Below are positions 1 through 12,428 of a stretch of DNA of 64,000 bases, piece after piece. Source of the DNA: Phoronis australis (taxonomy: Eukaryota; Animalia; Phoronida); assembly GCA_002633005.1 (NCBI GenBank), contig NMRA01000416.1, positions 343,386 through 407,385 on the forward strand, given 5' to 3'. A program made the position numbers and the translations under genes. The notes under the pieces were generated by a model. The model was not told where the DNA came from and made no database searches. It worked only from the letters and a program-made list of their open reading frames with translations. Positions within the stretch are counted from its first letter, which is position 1, and each line of letters begins with the position of its first letter.

Positions 1-1029
1 AAACGTTTTTTTTTCACGAGCGTAAAATCATGCATTGAAAATAAGATTTCATGCACCCACGGAGACCGTTGACCACTGACATCTCAGCCCACAATATTTG
101 AACGATCAGTCGATGAAAGTTTTTACTAATCAAAGATGCTAAAGCCCTGGTCCACTTTTTGATTGGCTAATACACGGAACATTACCCGTACCTAAGAAAC
201 GTACTTTTAAATCCATCTCGAATCATTTTGAATTCCAGATGAACGATTGAACGTTATATTTTCACATCACCGACCCTAGCAGCCAATAAAATTTGCCTTG
301 TATTTTAGAATTTCATTTGATGACTTTACAGATAAATAACAACTAAATATCGAAATCCGATCTGTGCGTTTTTCCGTATAGACTCCAAGTATTTCAGAGA
401 CGGAATTTGGTAGTTGTTTTCGTATGATATTAAGATTTACCCGAGTGACGAGTCGGGTCTCCGGAACTGGGGTTCATGCCTGTGCACGTGCATTTATTTC
501 GACGCGTGTGCGGAGTTGACTAGGAGCGTGGTCTGTGGATTTGCACCACGGAATCATAGTTTCCTAGGGTTTAGCGGATCCTTATAGCTGGCATTTGGAG
601 GCACAGCCACGGGATCGTTTCTACCCCCTGAGAGTTTATGCATTGAAATTTCTATTATATATAAATATATGGTTTATGTTCTTTAGTCTTTTGTAGTTGC
701 TTAGGCTGATTTTAAAACTGACCGATTGCTCATCACGACGTTGTTTTTGTGTCTTCCAATTGTATGCCTGGGCTTTTAAGTTTACCTCTGTAACAAAAGC
801 ATTTTGGTATAGTCGTTAGACAATTAGATTTGCGTTTACGGAAAATATAAAAATATTGCACGTACAACGCGAGGCTCCGACCAGTTCTGATTTTAGCTGT
901 GTAATCTATTCTTCAATTTTGTGAAATGCAAATACGTACGCATTTCAAGTAACGTGCCTTTCAAGGCTTCGGTATAATTGTAAAAGGTCAGTGGAATCTG
1001 GTACTTACAACGTGCGATGCTTTTGTAGG

Positions 1030-1304
1030 TCTGTCACGACTGAGGCATAAAGTATAAGTTGCCGGTGTTTTTTTAGGCCTATATGAAGATAGGGGACACC
1101 AAGCGTAAGTTGTTGATGTTTAGGACCCCATCACGGCGGGGACATAAATTACAAGTTGCCGGTGTTTTTGTTGGCCTACGACCGGGACGCCAAGTATATT
1201 CCCGGTGTCTTTATAGGCCTCATGGCAGTGTATTTGAATGTCTTCATCACGACAGGGGAGCCAAATATAAGTTGACGATGTTTATGTAGGCCTATTTCAC
1301 GGCA
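1030..1304. repeat. Degenerate ~45-50 bp tandem repeat (unit like TCACGGCAGGGACATAAATTGTAAGTTGCCGGTGTTTTTGTAGGCCTA)
   Basis: Several diverged units at 1030-1304; one more unit resumes at ~2910-2941 after an intervening inverted-repeat element. Confidence 0.6.
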
Positions 1305-2907
1305 GCCTCGTCCCCAAGCCTCAAGATGGCGCTCATTGGTTTAACCATTTGCTCGCTGTTTCGTTGCGGTGTCGCTGGGTGGTAGCCAGCACGCTGGTAT
1401 CACTTAATTTTCCTCGGGAATTTTTTTACATCGGCGTTTCTAATTTGATGGTGGAATTCTTAATATGCAGCGCTTTAGTACGAAAACAAAGTGACATGAC
1501 TGATGGAGGAAGTGTAAATGTGGTCTCTTGTACAGACAAGTCGGTGTTTAAAATTCATGTTCCAGAAATGTGAAATCGTGGTTGCGCCTTTTCGGAGTGC
1601 ATCTTTCTATTGTCGCTGAATTTTGTTTACGTTGCTGTCTTGTATTCATACAGTATGAATAACACACTAGTTAAATCGGCCACTGGGATGAGGGCGTGTT
1701 TTTTCAAGCATGAAACATTAGGTCTACCGCAGAAACGAAAGTTGCTGCTACGTCACTGGCTTGCATGACAAGGCTACGAATCGTTCATAGTCCGCCATTT
1801 TCTCACTTTGTTGTAAACCTAACCAATGATTGCCGAGGTTACATCAACCAATGATAAAGCGCATGCTGCTGCCTGCTACCTGCCTCGCTGGTTCCCTACG
1901 TGCCTAGCCAGTGCGCAGTTATCACGCAGAAGCACGCGCTTCATATTTGGTTGATGTGAGTGACCTCGGCAGTCATTGGTTAGCGTTACAGCAACGTGAA
2001 AAAATGGTGGACTATGAAGGATTTCTAGCCTTGTCATGCAAGTGGCGTAGCCGCTACTATTTCGTTTTTGCAGTAATGTTTAATAGCCGCGCGCATGAAG
2101 CACATACATGTACAATAAACACATAATTATCTGATCGATTAAACCGGTGTGTTATTCATACTGTAAGAACACAGGACAGCAACATAAACAAAAGACAGCG
2201 ACAGTAGAAAGATGCACTTCGAAAAGGCGCAACCACAATTTTCTGGGATTCATGTTGAAGAAATGTGAATCCCAGAAAATTGTGGTTGCGCCTTTTCGAA
2301 GTGCATCTTTCTACTGTCCACTTGCATGACAAGGCTAAACATCGTTGATAGTCTGCCATTTTCTCACTCTGTTTTAAAGCTAACCAATGACTGCCGAGGT
2401 TACATCAACTAATGATAAAGCGCGTGGTACAGCCTAAGGGCTACCTGCGTGCTGGCTACCAAGCGACACGCAAGGAAGCAGCGACGGTTATGGGAAATCC
2501 AATGTGTCAGTATTCTGACACATTTTTACGGAAATCGCCGGAAGATTGCGAGTAAGAAAACTTGGAAATTTTCTGCATTATAACATAAAAATGAAAACTA
2601 ACGGTATAGTGTAGCAATTTAGGTCTAAACTATTGCAGAATTGGTGCATTTTGATTCGAAAACAGAATAATTTCTATGATACTATCGAAGTATGCAAACA
2701 ACAATCATTTCAAAAAATAACCAAAACAATGCATACTGCTTCATGAATGGTAGCAACAACGCCTGTGAAAATAATTAAATTCTACCTTTGTTTTAATGGC
2801 GTCAAGTCAGCGGCCAACTATTGGGCAGAGCTGAGGTAATTCCCGTAACCAAACAAACCTCAAGTGGCTAAACCGATCAGCGCCATCTTGAGTCTGCGGA
2901 CAAGGGT
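1305..2907. mobile_element. Non-autonomous foldback/TIR DNA element with internal inverted duplications
   Basis: Left end AGCCTCGTCCCCAAGCCTCAAGATGGCGCTCATTGGTTTAACCA matches the reverse complement of the right end (ACCCTTGTCCGCAGACTCAAGATGGCGCTGATCGGTTTAGCCA); internal blocks ~1570-1900 recur inverted at ~1905-2250 and direct at ~2270-2460; interrupts a tandem repeat. Confidence 0.55.
2200..2318. repeat. Perfect 53-bp inverted repeat with 13-nt spacer
   Basis: Arm 2200-2252 (GACAGTAGAAAG...GGGATTCA) is the exact reverse complement of 2266-2318. Confidence 0.9.
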
Positions 2908-3296
2908 GATATCACGGCAGGGACATAAATTGTAAGTTGCCCTTGTCACTTGACCCGGTAACAATCGTTATCTTCAGTTCTGTGTTGGCTGTACGGGTAA
3001 CGTATGTTTGGCGGTCTCATTGAGATAACACTCATAGAATTCTGCGGAGCAGGAAGTTTAATGTTACCGTAGTTCACGAAATAAATGCCTTTGATCGGCT
3101 ATATACAGTTGTGAGAAAGTTCACTGAGTTTCCCCTGATTGTGCATCTAAAACAAGCTAGGTTTATATCATGACGGAGATCTACAACTCTGGAGCTTGCA
3201 TGGAAATTGATTTAGCTAATACTTGGGAGTACCGGGTACTTGACTGAATTCGCCAGTTCCGCCACGTCATCAGGTTGGGACATCTGCTTCAGTGCT

Positions 3297-3356
3297 CAAT
3301 TTGAGGACGCATTGCATGGCGACCTGCAGGTCGCCATGCAATGCGTCCTCAAATTG
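3297..3356. repeat. Perfect 60-bp palindrome with no spacer
   Basis: CAATTTGAGGACGCATTGCATGGCGACCTG followed directly by its reverse complement CAGGTCGCCATGCAATGCGTCCTCAAATTG. Confidence 0.92.
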
Positions 3357-3724
3357 TGTTTGGCGACCTGAAAAAAATCCCAAGTGGCCACCAAGTCGCC
3401 CCTGGGTATCAGAGTCAGACAGTAATAACTCAGAAATTCGTTTCAAAGTTTGTTTTTTATTCCAAATTAAACTTACTGAGTTTCCTAGATTTACTTTCCT
3501 TTGGTTCACAATTGTTCCGTTTTAGTCATGAAATCAGCGCATTTGTCACCACAGCAGTCAGCACACAAAAAGACGCGCTTAAATTACAACAGAAAACAGG
3601 ACTGTTCGACAAAAATGGGACAAGATCGGTAAAACACGCTTCTCCAGTGAATGAAAGGTGTGCGTTCTATCTTCACTGATAGGAGGAATCGTGTTAGAGA
3701 ATGAACGGTAAATTTTAAGTAAAG

Positions 3725-3974
3725 CATGCGCGCACCCAGCCTTTAGTATATGGGGGGTCTCTCTCTCGCAAAGTGGATCTTTTGCCAACAAAAAGCGGGG
3801 GGACTAAAAAAACGGGGTACCACCTTCAGGTCTGTGAACTGTGCGTCTGCGCCTTTTTAGTGGACTTTTGTCTCGTTTTCTCGGACTTTTTGTTTCATCT
3901 GAGGTGGACCTTTTATCCACTTCGCCAAATGGGGGCTCGTTTGAGCCCCCCCCCCCCCCCTTGGTGCGCGCATG
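3725..3974. mobile_element. ~250-bp MITE with CATGCGCGCACC terminal inverted repeats
   Basis: TIRs at both ends; a related, truncated copy in opposite orientation at ~15881-16070; no clean TSD seen. Confidence 0.6.
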
Positions 3975-5795
3975 TGAAGAGGTAAAGCTTCTGAGGACGG
4001 AGTATGCCACGCTTTTTTTTAGTCGACGATTTCGACGTCAGTTTGGGCGACCAGTCGGATTTCGTTTAGTGATCTGGAATTTTCGTTAAGCTAAGTGTCG
4101 AGTGCTGAGATTGATTATCGATGACGACTTCCGGCTGACAGAAATTGTAGCAAATGAGCGTGGTGCAGACAGCAAGTAAACGGCATGAATTTGGGCTCTT
4201 GGTCACAGAATGAGCGTAAATGGTTTGATATTGATCAAATCTAAAGATGTATTGGTACCTAAAACACTGTGATTAAACCAATAATGCAACCATCTCGACT
4301 TTTAGCTCCTTGGTTGAGTACATTAAAAATAATACTTTAAACCAAATTACACTCAATTCAGCTACCAAGTTTAGAATGCATCACACCTTTTCTTTGAACA
4401 AATGTTTGAAGGTGAAATTTGTAACAGAACATTGCACAGTATTCTAGAACCCTTCTAACGCCTGATATAAGACCGCAGATAAACGGAATGAATGGCCTGA
4501 AATACGCGCCACTCTCAAGATCTATTGGTGGAACAATACGGCTAAGAATTCACAGACTTTTTAGTAAGTCTGGTCTGCACGCCACCTGTTGAAAACATCA
4601 CGTGACTTAATGAACGTAAGTCTGACGCGACCGAGACTCTTCTGCTAGCCGTGCAGACACTCTAGTCCACATATTTATATTTCCAAGAGTTGTCGTCAGT
4701 CTCAAGTATCAAGCACATGTAAATGTTCGTCTGATGTTGTACTTGATAGAAGAAATCATATGCCACCATTGAGTCGCTAATATAATGTAGAGTAAAGTCA
4801 AACCATTGTTTCAAAATTAGTGAACATCTTCCGGCTCTAATGTTACGGTTAAATAGGCCTACATACTGATGATTGAAAAGGTTACATTGTACTGATGGTT
4901 AAGACATAAACAATGTCAAAACTATGAGTTATACACTTCTTTCCAAAAGCATAAGAAAATCTAACTAACGTTTTTCGCAAAATCAGGACCCAACATGCAG
5001 ATCTCATTGACTGCAATGTTGTGGATTGCCAAAAACTAGATTTCAGCGCAGAACTACAGTTAGCCATTCTTCCTCTCCATGTTATCTTTACTGAGGGATG
5101 CCAATCCTATTGAGACCACCATAGGCACGGTCACTCCATTTTATCTCTTCTGAGGGATGTCCATCCTATTGAGACCACCGCAGGCACGGTTTTGAGCCAA
5201 CTGGCTTCTACTTCTGTTCACCCTATCTCTCCCCTTTCAAATAATATTGAGAATGGGCTTCTCCACTAAAGATGTTTTTTTGGTTCGAAAACAAATAATA
5301 AGATGCGGCACTACAGACAGGATTAAACATTTTGAAACAGTTATTCTGCCAATCACTGAGAGGATTCAGTTTTTCCATTGTTTAATGTTTTTATTTTTAC
5401 AATATTCAACTATGTAGTTTAGATTCGTTACAAATAAAATAACAAGTACGGTAAAGGAACCACAGAATGGCCTAGCTTGATATAAGAACATAACTTTACA
5501 GAGGCCACCCCCTCCCCTCCCTTGGGTTAACCGATCCAGACGACCGATTTAGTTTAAGGTGAGGAAACCTAGAACATTAATCCAGTAAATTGCTTCATCT
5601 TAAAGAATACGTGTACTCTGTACCAACCAATAAAATCCTAGTATCGTCAGCTTTGATTTTTTCAGAATTTTCCTGACCCTTTTAAAAGAACTGGAACTTT
5701 TAGGAATTTAAAAATTGAACGTTATCTTTTGTGATGAAAGGCAGGTTTCTGGCAGTTGTAATTAAAAAGTCTAGGTAGTCTAACCTCGCCTTTCT

Positions 5796-6789
5796 CAGTG
5801 GCGGATCTAGGATATCACAAGGGGGGGCCCAACTTTTTGTCCGGCTGTAAGCATTTGCGCAAACCGAACCACGATTGTAGATGCGTATTGCACCGAAGTG
5901 GGGGGAGGTCGGGAGGGGGGTTTGCCCAAGAAATTTTTCTGTTTTTACCTTTAAAAATCAAGCATTTTCCTTGATTCCTGTAGACAAAAGAGGCAAAAAT
6001 GGAAAAAAAAGGGGAACGTGTCGAACAGAAAAAACTGCCAGAGCCTAAGCCTCGAAACCACGACCTGGCGGATAGGAAGCGCGTGCGTTACCCCTAGACC
6101 AACACGACTTCAATACAAGCCTCTTTCTAAGAGGCCTACTTATTTATGGTCCACAGCGTTTGCGCGCGAAACCTACTTCTTTTTGTAATGCTTATTACAC
6201 GTTTTATATTTTGTGCCATCAATTCTTAACAAATTTGTTGTATTTAAAATAGTCTTCAAATGCCCAAAAGACCAAATCCGTTTTTCGTGTTGGCAATAAT
6301 GACGGGATTGCTTTGGAAATCGTCTTAAGATAAGGTTTGCCAAAGAGAGTATTGCGAGTTTCTGAGTGATTCACTAAGGTTTCGATTAAACACATCTTAC
6401 CGGCAGCTTCTGTTTTTCATCGTCACTGAGATTCCATTTTCTTTAAAAAATGAAGTAAATTTTCTTCATTGCACAGTGGAGCAGACGACGGAAACGGAGT
6501 CGTAGTGCGCAGCGCCACTGCCGGTCGCCTGGGATATCGCGGGAGAGCCTATACTTAGCCATAGTTCCGTTACGAATGCGCCGTGTTCCGAATTTGACAC
6601 TTGAAATTGGATCTGAGCCCCCCCAAACACTAAAACTACACACATTTAAATCTTGTTTCATCATTTTAATCATTCATAATTTTAATCACCTGGGTTAATT
6701 CAGTGGCGGATCTAGGATATCACAAGGGGGGGGCCAACATTTTGTCCGGCTGTAAGCGTTTGNGCCCCCCCCCCCTAAATCCGACTATG
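5796..6789. mobile_element. MITE with CAGTGGCGGAT...ATCCG(A/C)CTATG termini and 5-bp TSD (hAT5-like), with a second left end nested at 6701
   Basis: TTTCT at 5791-5795 and 6790-6794; highly similar to 20465-21489; N join at 6763. Confidence 0.75.
6037..6110 (-). other. tRNA-derived Pol III cassette (degenerate, tRNA pseudogene-like) inside the MITE
   Basis: Minus strand: A-box TGGTCTAGGGG, B-box-like GGTTTCGAGGC, then a T6 run; acceptor stem pairs poorly. Confidence 0.5.
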
Positions 6790-8799
6790 TTTCTGACTTA
6801 TTCTTTACATTATATTCAGGAATTAAGAACACAGGATGACTTTCGTCAGCTGAAAGATATCACTATAAATTTCGTAACTTTCATCCCTGTTTGTGTTTGC
6901 CCTATTTTGCTATTAGTTATTAAAAGAATTTAAAAAACAGGTGTGGTTTCCACGGAAACCTCGTTACCTATTGTGGAAGTTAAGTGATTGACCAATCAAA
7001 ACTGCGTTAAAATACGTTTTATGAAATTTTAAACTAAAATAAAGCGGAAGGAGTATCTTTATGGGGAGTGAAAGTGTATAAGCCTGTTTAAAACCAATAA
7101 TTTCAAAAATTGCCTACTACAATTTAAAAAACTGACACTTAGAGATGTGCCAATAACATATTTTATTCTTTCCAATGGTGAGCCAAAACTGATTGTGTTT
7201 TCTCTGTATGTTCAAGCATAACCACTTTTCGTAACCATTTCTTTCAATTCTACCAATCGTCAAAAGATACTATACACATACGATTACCGAGTACGGAGTG
7301 TTTTCATTACCGTCTGCTATTCCTCTACGAATTATATGGTGGTCTGGCAACGGAATAAACACGTTTGTGTTTTGCATGTTATCAAACGACACTAAGATAA
7401 GGCGGTGCCGAGGGTTGCGATTATTCATATCTACTTCTGGTTCACGCATAGTCTGTGTAGTTTAAAAACAAGTGACCTACAGTTAGAAGAACCGTGGATT
7501 TGATTCTCCTGGCACTGAAATTGTTCAGGTAATTCATATTCTGGTTGGCTGCACCTTTAGCATGTTTATAGACAACTATTTTCTTACAACTCTAAAAGGA
7601 GGAATGCGCTGTCACGACAAAGTGGCGATAGGTAGTGCTCAATCGCAACAAGGCCGTCACTTTTAGTGTCCCCTCACACTATCAGTCTGCGTGCGTTATT
7701 CGTATTTTGTTTTGACTTTTCTCATTTGTAAGAACACTGTGGCATCAGGAAGGCATTACCTGGATGGCAATGTCTGACTGACAGGCAACATTAGTTAGGT
7801 ACGTTGTGTATGCAGTACATACTTTGTAACATCAAAATCATATAGAAGCTAGTATACCTATTGACCTTGAGTCAGGATGTTGGTTCCCTGCATTTTACGT
7901 AGGCCTCTCCGGAGATATGTTCTCAAATGTCGTCACACTGAACAGCCGTACGCTAACAAACATATTATCGTAAAACCACAATTTCAAAACAAATGCTGTA
8001 GCTAGGATATGTGCGGACGGGTGTCGAGGAAACTCTCCGATGACATGAAATTATTTTTAAAGTGGGTATAAACGTGCCTTTGGCCGCCAAGTAACTTATT
8101 TCTCACTTAAATCACTTTCGTTGTGAAAGTGGTCTCAACATGTTCTCACTCAGGCGAATTTCTGGGCTATGGAAGAACTGAAATGTCGAAGATGTTTGAC
8201 ACCACTGTTGGCGCATAAAATGACACTCCGCCAGTGACAAGCCAACGTATTGAACCTCATCACCATGCCTCAGTGATCTCCCGCAGTAACGGAACGTCAG
8301 TTATTACCACTGAGCCTAGGAGTCTGTTTCCTGAAAAGTGACTTAAGGCTTAGGACCTTATCAACTAGTCTGTGCACTTGGCCAAATACATGTATCTACA
8401 GAACTATAAAGTTTATCTCTGGAAAAGTTTTCTGATAGTAGAAATCCTCTCGTAAGGGTTCATTGGCAATGGTTAGCCAGATGCATTCCTATAGACTATT
8501 ACCGGAGCACTGGCGGAGTACGCGCTAAGCGCGTTATGAACACTGTAGCTCCGCCGGCTTTCTTCACCAACGAACTCCTATGAGAGGCCTACAACACCAT
8601 TGGTGTTGAAAGTGAGGTGGTTAGGATCTAATCAGGAATGTTGGTACGTGACAATCCGGTCAAACACAACCAAGCTTGCAAACTGCAATATTGATAAAAT
8701 CTAACCTGTCTAACAACCGCTTAGTGTTGGAAGATTTTGCCAGATTCGTTACCAGCGAATAAAATCAATTAAAAACGGTTTTAAACGAAAAAATCCACC

Positions 8800-9195
8800 A
8801 ATATACAAGCATACATACATGCACTCATACATAACCACATACATGCATACACAAATATACACGCATACATACTTGCACAGATAACCACATACATGCATGC
8901 ATACATACATACATACACTCATGAACCGGCTGTACTTCGGGAGCAAGTTTTCGATTATACAGAATTTGTTAAACGCACGACACGTTTCATTGTTCACAGT
9001 CTTTATTCCGTTACGTTCTTACTTTCGGAACAAAACTCTATTCTCAACTGAACATAGATACAGTAACTGAATAAAGACTGTGAACAATGAAAAGTGTCGT
9101 GCGTTTAACAAATTCTGTATAACATACATACATACATACACACACATACATATACATATACATATATATACATATATACATATATGTACATGTAT
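8800..9195. repeat. Degenerate (CATA)n/(TACA)n microsatellite interrupted by a ~165-bp TIR element
   Basis: CATACATA runs at 8800-8920 and 9122-9195. Confidence 0.75.
8955..9122. mobile_element. Small MITE with ~60-bp TIRs, TA-flanked
   Basis: TATACAGAATTTGTTAAACGCACGACAC...CAGTCTTTATTC is mirrored by GAATAAAGACTG...GTGTCGTGCGTTTAACAAATTCTGTATA. Confidence 0.7.
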
Positions 9196-9576
9196 ATTGA
9201 TGGGACGAGTTCAGCGTGACCGCCAGCCACTATTCAAGAAGGTCAATCTTGTTTTGGTATTTTACCGCAGATGCGGAAGGCATGATTCGCGTTCTTTATC
9301 CAACCAAACGGAACTAACACTATAAAAAGAACAAAGAGCGTCTACGATAACGTTTTTAATTGTCATGTTCATATATTTTACAAATACGCGACTTCAATTG
9401 ACAATTGTTTTTTTAAACGAACATCTGCCCACGTACTCTTGCAGTCTGACCTCAGGTAACCAATATACCTACAGACTGATGGTGCCGCCCTGTAATGTTG
9501 CCTGTGAGGCCGTGGTTTTGAAACATTTCGTCGTATGAGTTTTAACCGGATTTTTGTTGTAGATATCGAAACGAAC

Positions 9577-10347
9577 ATGCAACCAAACACGCCAGGTGAT
9601 CGAGGGGTTGAGTACGCAGCTTCGGCGGCAAGAGGTTTGGCAATCACCCAACTTGTTCTTGGCGTACTGTGTCTCATTGCGGGAATTGCAGCTGTGGCTA
9701 TATATCCGTACTTGGTGGTCAGAGCGACGGCTGCCATGGAAATATGGATGCCGATTTCGTTTATCATCGCCGGCATCGTGGGCATTGTGGCTGCCAGCCA
9801 GAAGACCAGTGGAATCATTGTGGCGCACATGGTGATGTCGATCATTGCGTCGCTCCTTGCATTCGCTTTGTTTGTTGACGGATGTATCTATGGTTGGATG
9901 TTAGGAACCCACATCGCCATCGCCATATTCTCATTTGCTGAGTTAGTCATCGCAATCATTTCTGCTGCCTTTTGCTGCCGCGCTGTGTGTTGCGGCAACC
10001 CGTCCTCAAGGGGGACCGTCTTATCGACCCAGCAGCATGTTGTCGTCACTACCACCCAACCGAACGTTTATCAGCAACATTACGTTGCCCAGCCTGGCAT
10101 GCAGTATCCTCTTCAGGGGCAGTATGTGATACAGCCCGGTGTCCAACAACAGATGCCGTCCCAGCAGTATATGTTCCCGCAGTACCCAGGTCAGCTACCA
10201 GGTCAGACCCAAGCACAGTACCCAGGTCAGACCCAAGCACAATACCCAGGTCAGCCCCCAGCGCAGTACCCGCAAGCCACTGGGCAAGCCACAATCGAGA
10301 CGAAACCTCCACCCTATGCAGAACAACCCACCCAACCAGAACCTTAA
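9577..10347 (+). CDS. MS4A/CD20-like four-TM membrane protein, paralog 1 (256 aa), with a Q/Y/P/G-rich cytoplasmic tail and PPPY motif
   Basis: Four hydrophobic segments with the CD20-family pattern (LAITQLVLG...IW.P..FIIAGIVGI...HMVMSII...AELVIAIISAAFCC); splice acceptor TTGTTGTAG ends at 9562, so ATG 9577 is the likely start; single coding exon. Confidence 0.85.
   Translation: MQPNTPGDRGVEYAASAARGLAITQLVLGVLCLIAGIAAVAIYPYLVVRATAAMEIWMPISFIIAGIVGIVAASQKTSGIIVAHMVMSIIASLLAFALFVDGCIYGWMLGTHIAIAIFSFAELVIAIISAAFCCRAVCCGNPSSRGTVLSTQQHVVVTTTQPNVYQQHYVAQPGMQYPLQGQYVIQPGVQQQMPSQQYMFPQYPGQLPGQTQAQYPGQTQAQYPGQPPAQYPQATGQATIETKPPPYAEQPTQPEP
10180..10272 (+). repeat. In-frame coding minisatellite (24-nt unit, QYPGQ(T/P)(Q/P)A)
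   Basis: CAGTACCCAGGTCAGACCCAAGCA and variants repeated within the CDS. Confidence 0.8.
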
Positions 10348-10609
10348 TTCCAGTATGTAACTGGGTCTTGCTGACTGCTTTGGTGTTTAATGTTTACAAC
10401 GAGTTAGCAGCGCTGTCGTGTATTGTATTGTTTAGCGCGCATTAACGAAACTTGATTAATTTGTTTTTGTATACAAGGCAAACATTTTTTTGTTTCTGTT
10501 CTGAGTTTGGTTCTGATGAATGATGCGGTGACACTCTTCCTGACATATATTACCGCAGTCGGCACACACATAAACTGTCGCCCTCTGTGACAATATGTGT
10601 AGGTGTTAA

Positions 10610-11913
10610 AGGCGAAGGCAACCTTTTTCATGTCATTTTTAGCAAAAATAGGGTTCATTGATTATCCCAGACATATTTTTCCCTTATTGGCAGCTTTTCG
10701 TAGTTTAATTAATTACTCGTCGTCTACTCCGGAAGTGACGTTTTGGGAGGCAAGAATTTCGCGCCAATTTCTTTTCATACTACAGTCTGACTGTGAGAGC
10801 AGTCGAGTCAGTCATTGTTCTACCTCGGTTGATATAAGTTCAGTCGTCGTTTGCTTTTTTACGAGTCAGTCAACATGCCACGCTGTTGCTGCCTACCGAG
10901 AAGTACTCATTATCGTCTCACGTACAGAGGAAGAACTGTCCCACTTGCCCGAGTGTCCCGCCACACACTCCCAGTGGCTAGTGACTTGCGCACCCAAATT
11001 GCTTACATCCCGCCTTGCGACTCCCTGGTCACACACGTGGCACCTTCTAAATAGCTCCAATATAAGTCCACAATAAACTTATCAAACTTAGGCTCACCGA
11101 TCTGTTCATAGGATGACGAATTGTCCTTTTCAATGGGTGTCAAACTGGGCCTGCATTCACTACTCAACATCGCTGCAGGGCTGCTTACAGTTGGCTCTGG
11201 GCTAGAGACAACAGCACACGGGAAGCACTGCCAGTTCCTGGAATTGCACGCTACGGGGTACTTTCGGAATCATGGGAGACAGTAGATGAAGTGCCTCCAG
11301 TCACTGTTTATAGTGACCACAGCTCACGAGTTCTCGCTTCAAAAACGCACTTCTCGGTGGTGGTGACGGGGCACTGCCGGGAATCAACAACGACGGTATG
11401 GAACCCTTCTTCAGGCGTTGTTTCGCAGGGACCTTCATCAATTTAGCGTACATATCTCTGTCGTAATCTGACGGCTAAAAATGCTTGCACTGCTTTGTAC
11501 GTTGCGTGAATGAGTAGCGCTGCGTTCTTCACACGAACGAGCTAGTCAAGTACGGCGAAGTGTGTCATCCTTCGGAAAGCGATGCAAGGTACCAAAAGCG
11601 CGCGTGAGACGATAATGAGTACATCCTGGTACACAGCAACAGTGCGGCATGTTGACTGACTCTACTCGTAAACTTAAAAGCAAACGACGACCGAACTTAT
11701 CACATCCCAGGTAGAACAATGACTGACTTGACAGCTCTCACAGTCTGACTGTATGAAAAGAAATTGGCGCCAAATTCTTGCCTCTTAAAACGTCACTTCC
11801 GGATTAGAGGACGAGAAATTAATTAAATTGCAAAAAGCTGTAATTAAGTGTCTGGGATAATCAATAGACCTTATTTTTGCTAAAAGTGACATGAAAAAAG
11901 GTTGCCTTCGCCT
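10610..11913 (-). mobile_element. Kolobok-like non-autonomous DNA transposon with TTAA TSD, ~310-bp TIRs and a decayed THAP domain
   Basis: TTAA at 10606-10609 and 11914-11917; ends AGGCGAAGGCAACC...GGTTGCCTTCGCCT; minus strand from 11650 reads MPHCCCVPGCTHYRLTRAFGTLHRFPKDDTLRRT*, later CKHF in another frame. Confidence 0.8.
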
Positions 11914-12428
11914 TTAACGGCATGTAATACATTATCGCCCTCAACACGTCGTATCGCGCGCGGAAGGTATACATGGTTATGCACATGCTCAACAGGCCAA
12001 CTGTGCAAAAAGATGAAATTGTCGCGAGTTAATTTAGATTTTTCATTGAAAATTAAAGTGTTTCATTTTGAAGGAAAAATGGTCTCGTTTTGATTATTGC
12101 TAGGCAAAGTTTTCTTTCTTTGTAGATTGATACGCGATGTCACATAGTTCAGAGGTTTTGCTTCTCCACGTATGCGTCAACTACAGTTTTTAATAAACTG
12201 GTATGGTTCATAATTGTTTCATTCATAACTTTTAGTACACTTGCACGTTGACACACCTCCTTCCAAGCAAATTGCGATTTCCAGGACTATACTAATATCC
12301 TGTTCTAGTCATAGAGTCTCTAGTTGTCTATTTAATTCAAAGCCTGTAAATTGTTAATGCTCCCGGACAACTCGTTTCAGTAGGCCTGCTGCTCATTAAT
12401 CTAGACTGTGTACCATGTCGCTTGTTAA

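Noticed and set aside
1030-1304. CRISPR-like array (also 24788-24885 and 63862-64000)
   Set aside because: Eukaryotic context, no unique spacers, no cas genes; these are plain tandem repeats
6037-6110. Functional tRNA gene
   Set aside because: Acceptor and anticodon stems do not pair properly; embedded in a MITE
8154-8345. Exon-like stretch after an acceptor (...SVITTEPRS) resembling the VITTQ motifs of neighbouring genes
   Set aside because: In-frame stop, no donor, and similarity too short to support
9378-9845. Antisense and alternate-frame ORFs over the MS4A-like and dispanin CDSs
   Set aside because: Shadow ORFs of real genes with no recognisable features
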